From a virus (taxonomy: Duplodnaviria > Caudoviricetes), in the IMG/VR virus record IMGVR_UViG_3300033407_000096, positions 1 through 28,467 of that record: 28,467 nucleotides of DNA. One strand, written 5' to 3'. Below the pieces are notes generated by a model. The model was not told where the DNA came from and did not search any database. It saw only the letters and a program-made list of their open reading frames with translations. Shown here piece after piece: positions 1-8,990 of this stretch. How positions within the stretch are numbered: position 1 is the first letter of the stretch; every line of letters begins with the position of its first letter. The position numbers and the translations under genes were made by a program.

Positions 1-9
1 CGTAGGTTG

Positions 10-171
10 TCATACCTTCTTGTCCTCTGAGGTGACGACGAGAGTGTTGCTCTGCACGTGAGGCACCGTGACGGCCGCGCCAACAGGGGCCGCAGCGATG
101 AAGGCGTCCTTAACAAGTGAGGCCGCCCTTGTCAGCAGGTCAGCGAGTTCCGCGTCTGTCGGGCGGGTCAT
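10..171 (-). CDS. 53-aa hypothetical protein (MTRPTDAELADLLTRAASLVKDAF...EDKKV); C-terminal 38 aa identical to the end of 235..588
   Basis: Translated by hand; AAGGAG RBS upstream of ATG at 171. May be a chimeric product of the duplication. Confidence 0.4.
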   Translation of the reverse strand: MTRPTDAELADLLTRAASLVKDAFIAAAPVGAAVTVPHVQSNTLVVTSEDKKV

Positions 172-238
172 TTCTTCTCCTTCCTATGCCGATGATCAAC
201 TCGATCATCCGGCCGATTAGCGGTGCGTAGGTTGTCAT
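140..238 (-). CDS. 32-aa small hydrophobic peptide (MTTYAPLIGRMIELIIGIGRRRNDPPDRRGTR)
   Basis: ATGA overlap with the stop of 235..588; translated by hand. Confidence 0.35.
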   Translation of the reverse strand: MTTYAPLIGRMIELIIGIGRRRNDPPDRRGTR

Positions 239-588
239 ACCTTCTTGTCCTCTGAGGTGACGACGAGAGTGTTGCTCTGCACGTGAGGCACCGTGACGGC
301 CGCGCCAACAGGGGCCGCAGCGATGAAGGCGTCCTTAACAAGTGAGGCCGCCTTTGTCAACTCCTCGGTAGTCCGCTCGGCGGGCTGCTGTGCCTCACCG
401 TGCTCCAACCTGTGCCCGATGCCGAAGACGCTCGACAGCAGCGCGGCGAGGATGACCTGCACCCCGGATGCCCATTGTGGCAACTCGGCACCAGGGAAGA
501 CGTCTGTCCACTTGTTCAGCACGTCGAGGATGAACACCGCGAGATTCAGATACTTTATCGAGCCGAACCATTTACCTAGAGTTGGCAT
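235..588 (-). CDS. Putative holin-like membrane protein
   Basis: Two hydrophobic segments (YLNLAVFILDVL, GVQVILAALLSSVFGIG), GGAGGAGG RBS, downstream of the endolysin. Confidence 0.55.
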   Translation of the reverse strand: MPTLGKWFGSIKYLNLAVFILDVLNKWTDVFPGAELPQWASGVQVILAALLSSVFGIGHRLEHGEAQQPAERTTEELTKAASLVKDAFIAAAPVGAAVTVPHVQSNTLVVTSEDKKV

Positions 589-589
589 G

Positions 590-802
590 TTATCCCCCTC
601 CTCCTAGATGCGGTACGCGGACGTTATGGATATTGCCCAGCAGGCCGAACGCCGCGAGCAGCCAGAGAACGACCGCAATCACGACGACGACGTTGATGAT
701 CTTCATGATCTTCGGATCGACGAACTGTCCTAGCTGAGTGTTCGCAAGCCACAGCAGGACGCCGACGACCAGCAGGACGATTACGAGTCCGATGAGACTC
801 AT
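590..802 (-). CDS. Small 2-TM membrane protein resembling the Thivi_2564 family
   Basis: MSLIGLVIVLLVVGVLLWL...KIINVVVVIAVVLWLL pattern; GGAGG RBS; ATGA overlap with the upstream gene. Confidence 0.75.
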   Translation of the reverse strand: MSLIGLVIVLLVVGVLLWLANTQLGQFVDPKIMKIINVVVVIAVVLWLLAAFGLLGNIHNVRVPHLGGGG

Positions 803-1080
803 GGTGCACCTCCATTCTGACCTGTGTCTTCGGCGCGCTGGATGGTCATCTGCTCGTTCGCGCCGGAGTAGTACTCCCTGGGCTGATTCGCGTAGAGGAC
901 GCCCCGGCAGACATCCACGATGCCTTCGAGTCGCGTCATGCCCTGAGCGATGGCGATGACCTGAGCCTCCACCGCGTCGAGTTGATTCTGCTTGACGGTG
1001 TAGGTGCCGCCGATGGACAGCGCCGCCGTGACGCCCACGGTCACGAGTCGTTCGATCATGGTGCGCGTCTCTTGGGTCAT
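799..1080 (-). CDS. Hypothetical protein with N-terminal hydrophobic anchor and short coiled coil
   Basis: LVTVGVTAALSIGGTY segment; AGGGAG RBS; ATGA overlaps on both sides. Confidence 0.7.
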   Translation of the reverse strand: MTQETRTMIERLVTVGVTAALSIGGTYTVKQNQLDAVEAQVIAIAQGMTRLEGIVDVCRGVLYANQPREYYSGANEQMTIQRAEDTGQNGGAP

Positions 1081-1220
1081 GGATTTATCTCCCTGAATCG
1101 TCGCCCTTCGTGGTCCGGGAAGTCGTATTGGAGCGAGTAGTCAAAGCATCCCAAGCGCCACGCCACCAGAATCAGCGCGGACAGCATGGCGAATCGCAGC
1201 GCCATCTCGCGTGCTCTCAT
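1077..1220 (-). CDS. 47-aa small membrane protein (MRAREMALRFAMLSALILVAWRLGCFDYS...)
   Basis: Absent from the ORF track; fills the gap exactly, with ATGA overlaps at both ends. Confidence 0.55.
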   Translation of the reverse strand: MRAREMALRFAMLSALILVAWRLGCFDYSLQYDFPDHEGRRFREINP

Positions 1221-1588
1221 GGTAGAATCCACCTGACAATCAGCGCCACGGCAAACCCCACGATAGCGCTGATCACGGCGATGCGCCCGATGATGTTTGA
1301 CTGCGCCACCTGCAACGCGACGATCGCTTTCGCCATATCGTCATGCTTCGCGTAGTACGTCTCTCGAGGAATGTATTCCGCCTGAATCGCCCGGAGCCTC
1401 GCGGCCTCGCCGTTGAGGTCGCCAAGTCGGCGCGCCAGTTCTCCCGTCTGGATCGAAAGGGCCTCTTTCGCGGCTCCCATCAGGAGGTCGATCCTCTCTC
1501 TGGTGGCCTCGCGTTCCCGAGGTGCGAGGGCTTCGAGTACGGCTAGACGCGCCCTGATAGACGTGTCATCAGATGAATCGCTCATCAT
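1217..1588 (-). CDS. Coiled-coil protein with C-terminal TM helix (lysis-region membrane protein)
   Basis: Heptad-rich body; C-terminal IAVISAIVGFAVALIVRWILP; coupled overlaps. Confidence 0.75.
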   Translation of the reverse strand: MMSDSSDDTSIRARLAVLEALAPREREATRERIDLLMGAAKEALSIQTGELARRLGDLNGEAARLRAIQAEYIPRETYYAKHDDMAKAIVALQVAQSNIIGRIAVISAIVGFAVALIVRWILP

Positions 1589-1890
1589 CGTCGTCTCCCC
1601 TCAAGACTTCGCAATCTGTGCTCGTGGTCGGTCAAGCCGGAGTCGATCCGCATATGAAGTCGGTCGGCCTCCTGTGCCTTCTGGTCGAGCATGGTGTTGA
1701 GGCGGATCAGTTCCATCTCGGAGCGTATGGCGGTTGCTCCGATAGCCTCGACGCGGGCTTTCATCTCCTGAAGTTGCCACCACGCGCCCCCGAGAATCGC
1801 AGCGACCCCTACAAGACGGATCACGTCCGCTGCGGTGAATGTGCGGAGTACGTTAGCGAGCGTAGGTTTCTCCACGTCGTCAGGGTCCAT
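1585..1890 (-). CDS. Single-TM coiled-coil protein (holin-associated/XhlA-like architecture)
   Basis: Start moved to ATG 1890 behind AGGAGG; VIRLVGVAAILGGAWW TM followed by ...DHEHRLRSLE. Confidence 0.7.
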   Translation of the reverse strand: MDPDDVEKPTLANVLRTFTAADVIRLVGVAAILGGAWWQLQEMKARVEAIGATAIRSEMELIRLNTMLDQKAQEADRLHMRIDSGLTDHEHRLRSLEGRRR

Positions 1891-1932
1891 CCCCCCTCCT
1901 GTGGCGGCAAGAGAGGGACGCACGGGGATGCG

Positions 1933-2406
1933 TCATGTTGTCGAGTCCGAAGGTCGCGCGGGGCCTATGCGGGCACCGATGAGAGTGATGAAGGCATCCC
2001 ACGGGAACAACTGTCCGGGGCACGTCTTGTAGGTCGCGTAGCGCCGATGCGGTTGGATCTGTTTCAGAGGGATCGAGAAGTACCGCATCAGCGGGACGAC
2101 CAGGTACTTCGCCGCGTAGATGAGAGTCTCGTTTGACGGTGGCTTCTTGTCGAAGTCACCGACGAAGCAGACGCCGATGCCCCTGCGGTTCATGCCCTGT
2201 TCCTTTGTATGAGCGCCCGACTGGTCAAGCGGACGCCCGAGAAGTATCTCCTGATGTCCGTTGATCTTCTCGACACCGAAGTGGTATCCGATGTCGAGCC
2301 ACTTCTGATTGTCGATGTGGTATCGGCGTATGGCCTGCCACGAGACGGTATCGGAGTCGGACGTAGCCGAGTGGTGAATGATGATGTGATCCCATTTCGG
2401 AGTCAT
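1933..2406 (-). CDS. Endolysin, N-acetylmuramoyl-L-alanine amidase (Amidase_2, T7 lysozyme-like)
   Basis: IIIHHSAT, WLDIGYHF, GAHT, IGVCFVGDF and H...KTCPG zinc-amidase motifs; start at ATG 2406 (ATGA overlap). Confidence 0.93.
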   Translation of the reverse strand: MTPKWDHIIIHHSATSDSDTVSWQAIRRYHIDNQKWLDIGYHFGVEKINGHQEILLGRPLDQSGAHTKEQGMNRRGIGVCFVGDFDKKPPSNETLIYAAKYLVVPLMRYFSIPLKQIQPHRRYATYKTCPGQLFPWDAFITLIGARIGPARPSDSTT

Positions 2407-2798
2407 GGGGCAATCCCTTGGAGACAGGAGAACTGCCCGCCCCGAACCGCCACGGAGACGCCCCCGTCTCCTATGGCTTGCGTCGTTGAGCAGCCCTCCT
2501 GCCATAGGGTTACGTCTGCGAGATCGTCACTCTCGGTTCCCGCTGCGTCCACGGCCCGCACGCGGAACATGAGCGTCCGCTCCGGGCCATGCGGCACTAT
2601 CCAGACGGCGAAGTCCGCGCCGGGGCATGGGGAGACGCCGATGGAGTGGGCGATCGGGAAGAGAGGGGACATGTCGGCGCAGGGCGGAGACTCCCACGAG
2701 AAGCACTCTCGCGGAATCATGTGGCGCTCCCAGATGTCGGCGACGTAGGAGATGGCGTCGGGGGATGGGGAAGCGTCGAAGAAAAGGAGTGGGATCAC
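2403..2798 (-). CDS. 131-aa hypothetical protein with a fibronectin type III-like motif
   Basis: FRVRAVDAAGTES motif; GTG 2798 overlaps the upstream stop (GTGA). Confidence 0.6.
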   Translation of the reverse strand: MIPLLFFDASPSPDAISYVADIWERHMIPRECFSWESPPCADMSPLFPIAHSIGVSPCPGADFAVWIVPHGPERTLMFRVRAVDAAGTESDDLADVTLWQEGCSTTQAIGDGGVSVAVRGGQFSCLQGIAP

Positions 2799-4933
2799 TT
2801 CTTCTCCACGCTGACCGTGTAGGTCGTGCTGGGAGGATCGCCTGCACCGCAGACGTTCACCTTGACCGTATCCGCCGCGGTGACCTTGCATGTCACGGCC
2901 TGCCCCGCTGTAGGCGCCACGCTCGTTGTCACCGAGCAGGTGTCACCGAAGGCCGCTCCGGTCACTGTTATCGATCCGGTGGAGTCGAGACAGGTTGTCA
3001 CCACGCCAATATCCTCGGTGAGAGATCCAGTGAGCCCCTTGCGGAGTCCGCCGATGGTGCCTATAGCCGCACGTGAAGTCGGAGAGCGCACATCACCAGC
3101 GATCAACGTTCCGGCGGTTTGCCGCAGGTAACTCATGGTCCCACTACTGGAAGCGTTGTCAACTATATCGACATCGGCGCGCCATACACGAAGCGCGCCC
3201 TGAGCATCCGTGACGTTGAATACCGCGAGATCGTTGTCTGTGTCGGCATTGTTGATGATCTCAGCGCGACCTGTGAAGTCTGCTTGCTCCAAGTTGCCGT
3301 TAATGGCAACCGCAGACACGACAGTCAGATCGCCCACCTCCGTGTTGAGAACCACTCGGCTGATCACGTTGTCGAATATGGCGCGCTTGTAGAACTCGGT
3401 AGCATAGGAGAGAATGCCGGCAAGACATCCTGCTTGGCTCGCGGTGCCAACACAATTTGCACCGCCGCGAGTGGCGAAGTCGTTTGCTCGGGTCTCTCCG
3501 GTCCAGTTAGATACGTGCAGCAAATCGGCGTCCTGTGACAGATCCGTCCCAGTGACCCCGAAGTGCAGCCATGTGAGCTTCCACCAACCGAACTGGAATC
3601 CACCGCTTGCTATGATCGTCCAATCTACATCTCGACATGGAGCGACTTCATACTCACCGACGGCTGATATGGTGTAGTTACATCCTGTCGTGATGGCTTC
3701 GCTGCACGATGGCGAGAACGTTACTACGTTCTCAAAGCCAGGCGCACCGAAATCTGTGACAGTCCCTTCGTGACCGTCACAGGCATTCGTGGCTCCACAT
3801 CCACCTCCGTTGTCGGAGAAAGTGATCGTGCGTCCTACATACCCTCCGACTGCGCCGAAGTTGTCTGCGGCTTCAAGAGTTACTCTGCTTATTTCACCCG
3901 CCTGTGCCGTGCCAGACACCGCAACAAGAAACATCTCGTCGCTCGTCTCACAGTAGTTCGTGATCGTCTTACTCATGCCACCCCACATGTAATCGATGGA
4001 GTTGCCCTTCTTGACGACGTTATCCCTGCCGCCGATGGTCAGTATGTGAGACAGGCGCAGGCTGGGTTGGTCGGTCGCCGTGGCACTATCACGCCTGTCA
4101 GAGCACCATTGCACGCTGTCGTGATGCCCGATGACGGTGCCAGATCCGGTGATATGAACGTTGCCCCATGTGGCCTTAGCTTCATCTGCACAGGCTTCGC
4201 GCCCGACCTGAATACCCGATTCTGGGGCAGAGAAAGCGTCGTTCTGGACTATCCCATCGACGACAATCCAGATGTTGTCCGCACCTCTGGTCGTCGCGTC
4301 ATCGCCTACCCGGATCACCCCGCCATCTACGTCCGCAGCAGCAGAGACAATCGGGCGGATGATGGCACCCGGCATTATCCACAGCGTCACGTCAGTGATG
4401 TCGTTGAGGGCTACAACGTCGTCATATCGGCCAGGAAGCACTCTTATCAGGACATGCTCGGCTCCACCGTCTCGGAGTGTACGAGCCAACTCAACAGCAC
4501 TCCCAGCAGCACAGGCCGTATTATCAGGCGTTGCTCGCGTTGTCGTCCCGCACGGAAGGGTTGCATCGCACCCGCTGTCGCAGACGGTGATCTCGTTGGA
4601 GGGGTCCGGTCCAGTAGGAGCCCCCTGCAACACCCATCCCGCCGCGCCCTCGCAAACGTACACCTGCTGTCCGCTCGTCGCGTCCGTGTCAACGTACACG
4701 CGGCCCACTGTGTTCGGGTCAGAGCTGCAATCCCCTGCTGGCAACGTGGTGCTGTTAGGCAGTCGCACCTTGCCGCTGAATATCCACTCACCGGCAAGAG
4801 TGAAGATGGATGCCGCGTTCTGAAGAACTCCGCGAGTGAGCGCGTTCGTGACCTGCGCCACCGGGCCGGGTATCAACAGAGCCGCCGCGATGATTCCTAC
4901 AAGAGAAAGCGCGACCAGACGTTTACGCATCAA
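2795..4933 (-). CDS. Tailspike/fibre-like protein (probable beta-helix) with N-terminal signal peptide, Cys-rich
   Basis: IRVLPGRY motif preceding G/D/N-rich beta repeats; C-terminal ITVTGAAFGD...VTAADTVKV domain typical of phage spikes; N-terminus MMRKRLVALSLVGIIAAALLIPGPVAQ. Confidence 0.7.
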   Translation of the reverse strand: MMRKRLVALSLVGIIAAALLIPGPVAQVTNALTRGVLQNAASIFTLAGEWIFSGKVRLPNSTTLPAGDCSSDPNTVGRVYVDTDATSGQQVYVCEGAAGWVLQGAPTGPDPSNEITVCDSGCDATLPCGTTTRATPDNTACAAGSAVELARTLRDGGAEHVLIRVLPGRYDDVVALNDITDVTLWIMPGAIIRPIVSAAADVDGGVIRVGDDATTRGADNIWIVVDGIVQNDAFSAPESGIQVGREACADEAKATWGNVHITGSGTVIGHHDSVQWCSDRRDSATATDQPSLRLSHILTIGGRDNVVKKGNSIDYMWGGMSKTITNYCETSDEMFLVAVSGTAQAGEISRVTLEAADNFGAVGGYVGRTITFSDNGGGCGATNACDGHEGTVTDFGAPGFENVVTFSPSCSEAITTGCNYTISAVGEYEVAPCRDVDWTIIASGGFQFGWWKLTWLHFGVTGTDLSQDADLLHVSNWTGETRANDFATRGGANCVGTASQAGCLAGILSYATEFYKRAIFDNVISRVVLNTEVGDLTVVSAVAINGNLEQADFTGRAEIINNADTDNDLAVFNVTDAQGALRVWRADVDIVDNASSSGTMSYLRQTAGTLIAGDVRSPTSRAAIGTIGGLRKGLTGSLTEDIGVVTTCLDSTGSITVTGAAFGDTCSVTTSVAPTAGQAVTCKVTAADTVKVNVCGAGDPPSTTYTVSVEKK

Positions 4934-4938
4934 TGCAC

Positions 4939-5715
4939 CTATGCCGCAGTTGGGATCGTTGCGAAGCCGAACTCAGCGTAGTCCACGAATAAACCCCCTG
5001 ACTGAGCCCCGGCAGTCAATCCGTTGACTCCAATCGTCGGCTTCAACGTTGCCGCCGGAATATTAGCATCCGTGGATAGTGTCGATACAGATACGCCGTT
5101 GAGGAAAAACTCTGCCTGACGGAGCCCCGCCGTCGCGGAGCATGTCAGGTTAATTTGGATGATGTTCCAGTCGGTGTTTGTGGCGAAGTCTCCTGTAGTG
5201 GAGGCCGACCCACCGTTGCTCGTCCTTCCGAGCCATGCCGTCGCAGACGACCCGATCGTCACCCCTACGCAATCTGAAACGTCCGTGACAAGTGTCGTGG
5301 TCAAGGCGTCATCCTGCCAGCCGAAGAAGTAACTCCCGGCGTAACTTCCGGGGCTCCTTCTCTGGACTCGCAACTTGCAAAACGCGACGTACTCCGCTGT
5401 CTTGATAATCCGTAGCCTGCTGCTAGTACCGTGGACGATGGCGTATTCTGTTGACGCACCGCCGGCCTCAAAGTGCAGTTTGTGCTGACTCACAATCCCG
5501 AGGGAAGCATTCAGAACCTGTGTCCAGTTGACCGTGCTGATCGTCGTGCCGGACATGAAGTGGTCCCGGATGTCCTGGTCCGTCCGAATCCCAAGACCCG
5601 CCGCCGTAATCTGCGCGTCGAAGTAATCCTGGTTGTCACGGATCTGCTTCCAGTCGGCAGAACGACCCGGCTTTTTAACGTCGAGCAAAGGGTCTGGTAC
5701 GCGAATGTATGGCAT
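4939..5715 (-). CDS. Tail fibre/receptor-binding protein with lectin-like C-terminal domain
   Basis: N-terminal ...WKQIRDNQ attachment-type motif; beta-sandwich-like C-terminus (AEFFLNGVSV, LFVDYAEF); follows the hub gene. Confidence 0.6.
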   Translation of the reverse strand: MPYIRVPDPLLDVKKPGRSADWKQIRDNQDYFDAQITAAGLGIRTDQDIRDHFMSGTTISTVNWTQVLNASLGIVSQHKLHFEAGGASTEYAIVHGTSSRLRIIKTAEYVAFCKLRVQRRSPGSYAGSYFFGWQDDALTTTLVTDVSDCVGVTIGSSATAWLGRTSNGGSASTTGDFATNTDWNIIQINLTCSATAGLRQAEFFLNGVSVSTLSTDANIPAATLKPTIGVNGLTAGAQSGGLFVDYAEFGFATIPTAA

Positions 5716-8171
5716 CAGGTTGCCTTATACCCTATGCGTCGGTTGGTCCCGGTTCCGACCATGCCGAACGAATCCGCAAGATAGGCTGTCACCCGATCAT
5801 CATCGTTCGCGGAGTCGTAATCGGGAAGCCCAGTATCTGCGTAGAACCATGCGCGCTCAAGCACTCCGAAAGTATCGATAGCCTCGATGGTGATCTTGTT
5901 CCCGCTGACGCGCTTGCTGGTGACGTACATCGTGCCGTCGTAATCGTTTCCGTGTTCGTCCTGTATATGGGAGGTCTGGACGCGCACCGGATCGCCTACT
6001 TCGATGTCATCGTCCTTGATGCTGAGTTCAGCCTTCATGACTCTCCGTCCGTGCCGGAAGCGCGACATGACATGCGACGTGAAATACGCTGCTGCGCTGT
6101 CTATTGGCTCCGTGCTGATAGTCGGCTCAAGCCACTTCGTCAAGAGCACCTTCTGTCGAGGTTCTCCGTAGTAATTGCGGCTCTCCGCGCTGGCATCCAC
6201 TTCGACCCGGACCCTCGCGTAATCCTCGACAGCATCACCGCTCACGTCGTCTCCGTCTCCGATGTCGTATCCGATGAGTACCCGGCTGATTCGTTCTTCG
6301 TCATCTTCCTCAAGAGACACCGACCCGCTCACGATGTTCGCATCGTCCGTGAGTGTCGCAACAGTAGTACCCGGCACCACAGGCGCGAACATGCGGCACG
6401 AGATTTTCTTTCCCTGCGTGACGAATACCATGAGGCCGGTCAACTCCCGTAACTCCCCTGCTAGTTTCTCGACTTCGATCGTCTCGGTGAGAGTACGCCT
6501 GACGGCGGGACCGTAGGATGATCCGGTGGAAGGGTCGATTAACGTGAAAAGCCATGTATCCCGCTCAGAGTCGAACGTAGCATGGTCGAACTCGTCATAG
6601 TCGATGCCAGCAAACATATACATCTCTCTCAGGCAATCGATGGTGTTTTTTCCGAGAGGCACGCCTGATGTATCGGTGCGCTCCGTGCCGAACTCGTAGA
6701 TCACCCGGACCTCGCTCATGACGGGATGGGAACGTGCCTGCGTCCCCCACCTCCCGCGCTGGATTGTCGCCTCGTTTGCGTCGATGTCGATGGATGTCAC
6801 GTTGACCTTTTCGGAGTTGGCCGTTCCAGGCTCAATCTCCAACGTCACGACGTAATCAGGGTTAGCCTGCGCGGCGTTCACCGCCGGAGTCGGTATCTCT
6901 CCGCAGTCCTCAAGTTCGATCAGATTCTGAACATCCTGCATCGGGAAGCGGAGAACATTGCTGCTACTGAGAGTCCCCGGCATGCTCTTTCGCGTGAGTT
7001 TCAACCTGTCCGTGCATACAAGCCGCGCCTTGCGGTCATCGAACTGCAACCGCTTCATGAGATACCGGCCCCGAGTCTGGAAGTCGGCTTCGGTCACGCC
7101 GGACTCTACGAACCCTACCTTCCTGTCAACGTAGCACTCGGGGTTGGAGAACCCTCGATAGATTGTTGACCATCGACGCCAGAAGGTTCCGGCCCCGGAC
7201 TGCGTATTGACGAGGCCACCTTCTGACTGCTGCCGTGGGTTCCATAGGCCCGGAGAGGCGTCATCGTCAAACTCGAACGTGATACGTGCGTTGACTGTGA
7301 CGGCGCGCTCAGGTTCTATCTTCTGCGCCGCTGACGGGACTCCTGTAAGGTACGGGTAGACATCTTCCCCGATGGTAGGGATTGCGGCGTCCGACTTGCA
7401 GAACCGGTACTCACGGATGCCCTGTAGTCTCGGCTCGGATTCCCACACATTTCCGGCGTTGAAATTGTCTGGGTCTTGGCACGTCGGGCGAGAATACATG
7501 CACCTTGCCCCGTCTCCGGCGTCCTCGACAGAACAGCGGCTGACGAACGTGGTGAGTAGTGATGCGCTGCCCGTGTTATTTGCACGGTAAGGCCACTTGA
7601 TCACGCGGTCCTGGTCGCCTGGATTGCGGGATAGATTCCCGCCCCATGCGTGAAGCGTCGAGACTGAATCTCCTGCGAGACGGATCACAGTGAGGGTGGC
7701 GTTATCTGTTGGAGTTCCTGAAAATAGTTTGTGCATGAAGAACCGCTGCCATGAGTCGGTCAACGTAACCTGAACGTCCCCGGCTTCTGTACCTCCAGCA
7801 TTTGTCACGCGCAGAGTTACCGTCTCCGTGCCAGTCGGAATCTTCATGAAGATAGATCCAGTCCATGCCCTACTAGTAACGACACCATTAGCGCCAACGG
7901 CTGTCTGTGTGAATGCGTCGTTCGTTGCGTTGAACGCGACTTCATCCGCAGTCATCGTTCCGTCAGGAGCCTCTATCGTATCCGGAGTGACCGTCACGGA
8001 TGTCTTAGTCCATGCAGCGTTGTCGATGGACTCGGAGTGCAAAATCCACTGAAGCGCATGGCCTCCACCGTGCCAGTCGATGGAGTAGTGGTTCTGACAC
8101 TCGCGCACCCCAACAACCACGAGTTCCTGCTTCGTGTGAGAGAACGCATCTCGCTGCGAGGCATACGTCAT
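5715..8171 (-). CDS. Tail tip/baseplate hub-central fibre protein with Cys cluster and inserted carbohydrate-binding-like domain
   Basis: 818 aa, second gene after the TMP; C...C-x10-C-x6-C cluster; IQRGRWGTQARSH motif; GDPVRV OB-like C-terminal segment. Confidence 0.75.
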   Translation of the reverse strand: MTYASQRDAFSHTKQELVVVGVRECQNHYSIDWHGGGHALQWILHSESIDNAAWTKTSVTVTPDTIEAPDGTMTADEVAFNATNDAFTQTAVGANGVVTSRAWTGSIFMKIPTGTETVTLRVTNAGGTEAGDVQVTLTDSWQRFFMHKLFSGTPTDNATLTVIRLAGDSVSTLHAWGGNLSRNPGDQDRVIKWPYRANNTGSASLLTTFVSRCSVEDAGDGARCMYSRPTCQDPDNFNAGNVWESEPRLQGIREYRFCKSDAAIPTIGEDVYPYLTGVPSAAQKIEPERAVTVNARITFEFDDDASPGLWNPRQQSEGGLVNTQSGAGTFWRRWSTIYRGFSNPECYVDRKVGFVESGVTEADFQTRGRYLMKRLQFDDRKARLVCTDRLKLTRKSMPGTLSSSNVLRFPMQDVQNLIELEDCGEIPTPAVNAAQANPDYVVTLEIEPGTANSEKVNVTSIDIDANEATIQRGRWGTQARSHPVMSEVRVIYEFGTERTDTSGVPLGKNTIDCLREMYMFAGIDYDEFDHATFDSERDTWLFTLIDPSTGSSYGPAVRRTLTETIEVEKLAGELRELTGLMVFVTQGKKISCRMFAPVVPGTTVATLTDDANIVSGSVSLEEDDEERISRVLIGYDIGDGDDVSGDAVEDYARVRVEVDASAESRNYYGEPRQKVLLTKWLEPTISTEPIDSAAAYFTSHVMSRFRHGRRVMKAELSIKDDDIEVGDPVRVQTSHIQDEHGNDYDGTMYVTSKRVSGNKITIEAIDTFGVLERAWFYADTGLPDYDSANDDDRVTAYLADSFGMVGTGTNRRIGYKAT

Positions 8172-8989
8172 TCTGGCGGCTCCATGTAAGCCTCTTCCAC
8201 AGGCATCGTGAATGTCAGTCTACCTGACCAACCACCACCTACCGCCTCTCTCATGAGGTCTCCCGTGTCGGTCATCTTGATGAAAAAGGCCCGATCGAAA
8301 GTGGCGTCGTCCGCATCCAGAACGAAAAAGAACGGATGCCGCCGCATAGCGTGAGTCGATGCGAACGTCGTCAGGTCGGAATCATGGAACGACCGCGCCA
8401 CTCCAGCAGGTCCACCAAACTCCATCGTGGCACGATGCACCTGCCCCCTGATGGTCGCTGAGAGAGCGTGACCTCCCTCCGATCGCGCCCCGGCAACCTC
8501 ATACGCCGTGAAAAACGGAGAGAAGTCGGAAGTCAGGAACTCCGGCATGGTCGTTTTCATCCCCATGTAGCAGTCCCCGATATTCGGCTTATCGGAGAAC
8601 GGAAGAGCGGCGTGATTGATCGTTATCCGCCAGTAACGCTTGGCCCCCGGAGCGGTGAACGAGATGTACGTCACTGTGTCCTCATCTGGAGTCACCGCGG
8701 CTAGCACTTCAACGAGTGGCGGGTCTACTGTATCTGCCAGCACGCGCACTGTGGCCCCGAGTGTGTTGAGGTTGTGATTGACGAGGGCGATGTAGTCAGC
8801 GTTCTCCCCGCCGGCCCCTGCGTCGATGTCTATATTGACCGCCGATGCTGTCTGGTCGGACTTCCAGAGAGTGTATGACTTCATGTCATGCAGACTGGCG
8901 ATGCTGAATCCCGTCTCCGTGCCGGGGTCCGTGATGGTCGTCGTGGATAGCCCCAACATGGAACGGTATCCGATGATGGGGAATGCCAT
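8168..8989 (-). CDS. Distal tail (Dit-like) protein
   Basis: Directly after the TMP; DYIALVNHNL and KRYWRITI motifs; start probably MAFPIIG at 8989. Confidence 0.65.
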   Translation of the reverse strand: MAFPIIGYRSMLGLSTTTITDPGTETGFSIASLHDMKSYTLWKSDQTASAVNIDIDAGAGGENADYIALVNHNLNTLGATVRVLADTVDPPLVEVLAAVTPDEDTVTYISFTAPGAKRYWRITINHAALPFSDKPNIGDCYMGMKTTMPEFLTSDFSPFFTAYEVAGARSEGGHALSATIRGQVHRATMEFGGPAGVARSFHDSDLTTFASTHAMRRHPFFFVLDADDATFDRAFFIKMTDTGDLMREAVGGGWSGRLTFTMPVEEAYMEPPE

Positions 8990-8990
8990 G

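Larger units (their letters stand above)
1..352. repeat. Direct repeat: 1-127 identical to 226-352 (period 225 bp)
   Basis: Base-by-base comparison; identity ends after GGCCGCC (127/352), then one mismatch and about 6 further matching bases. Confidence 0.95.

Noticed and set aside
3770-4981. 403-aa plus-strand ORF
   Set aside because: Antisense shadow of the spike gene; no motifs; expected in GC-rich DNA.
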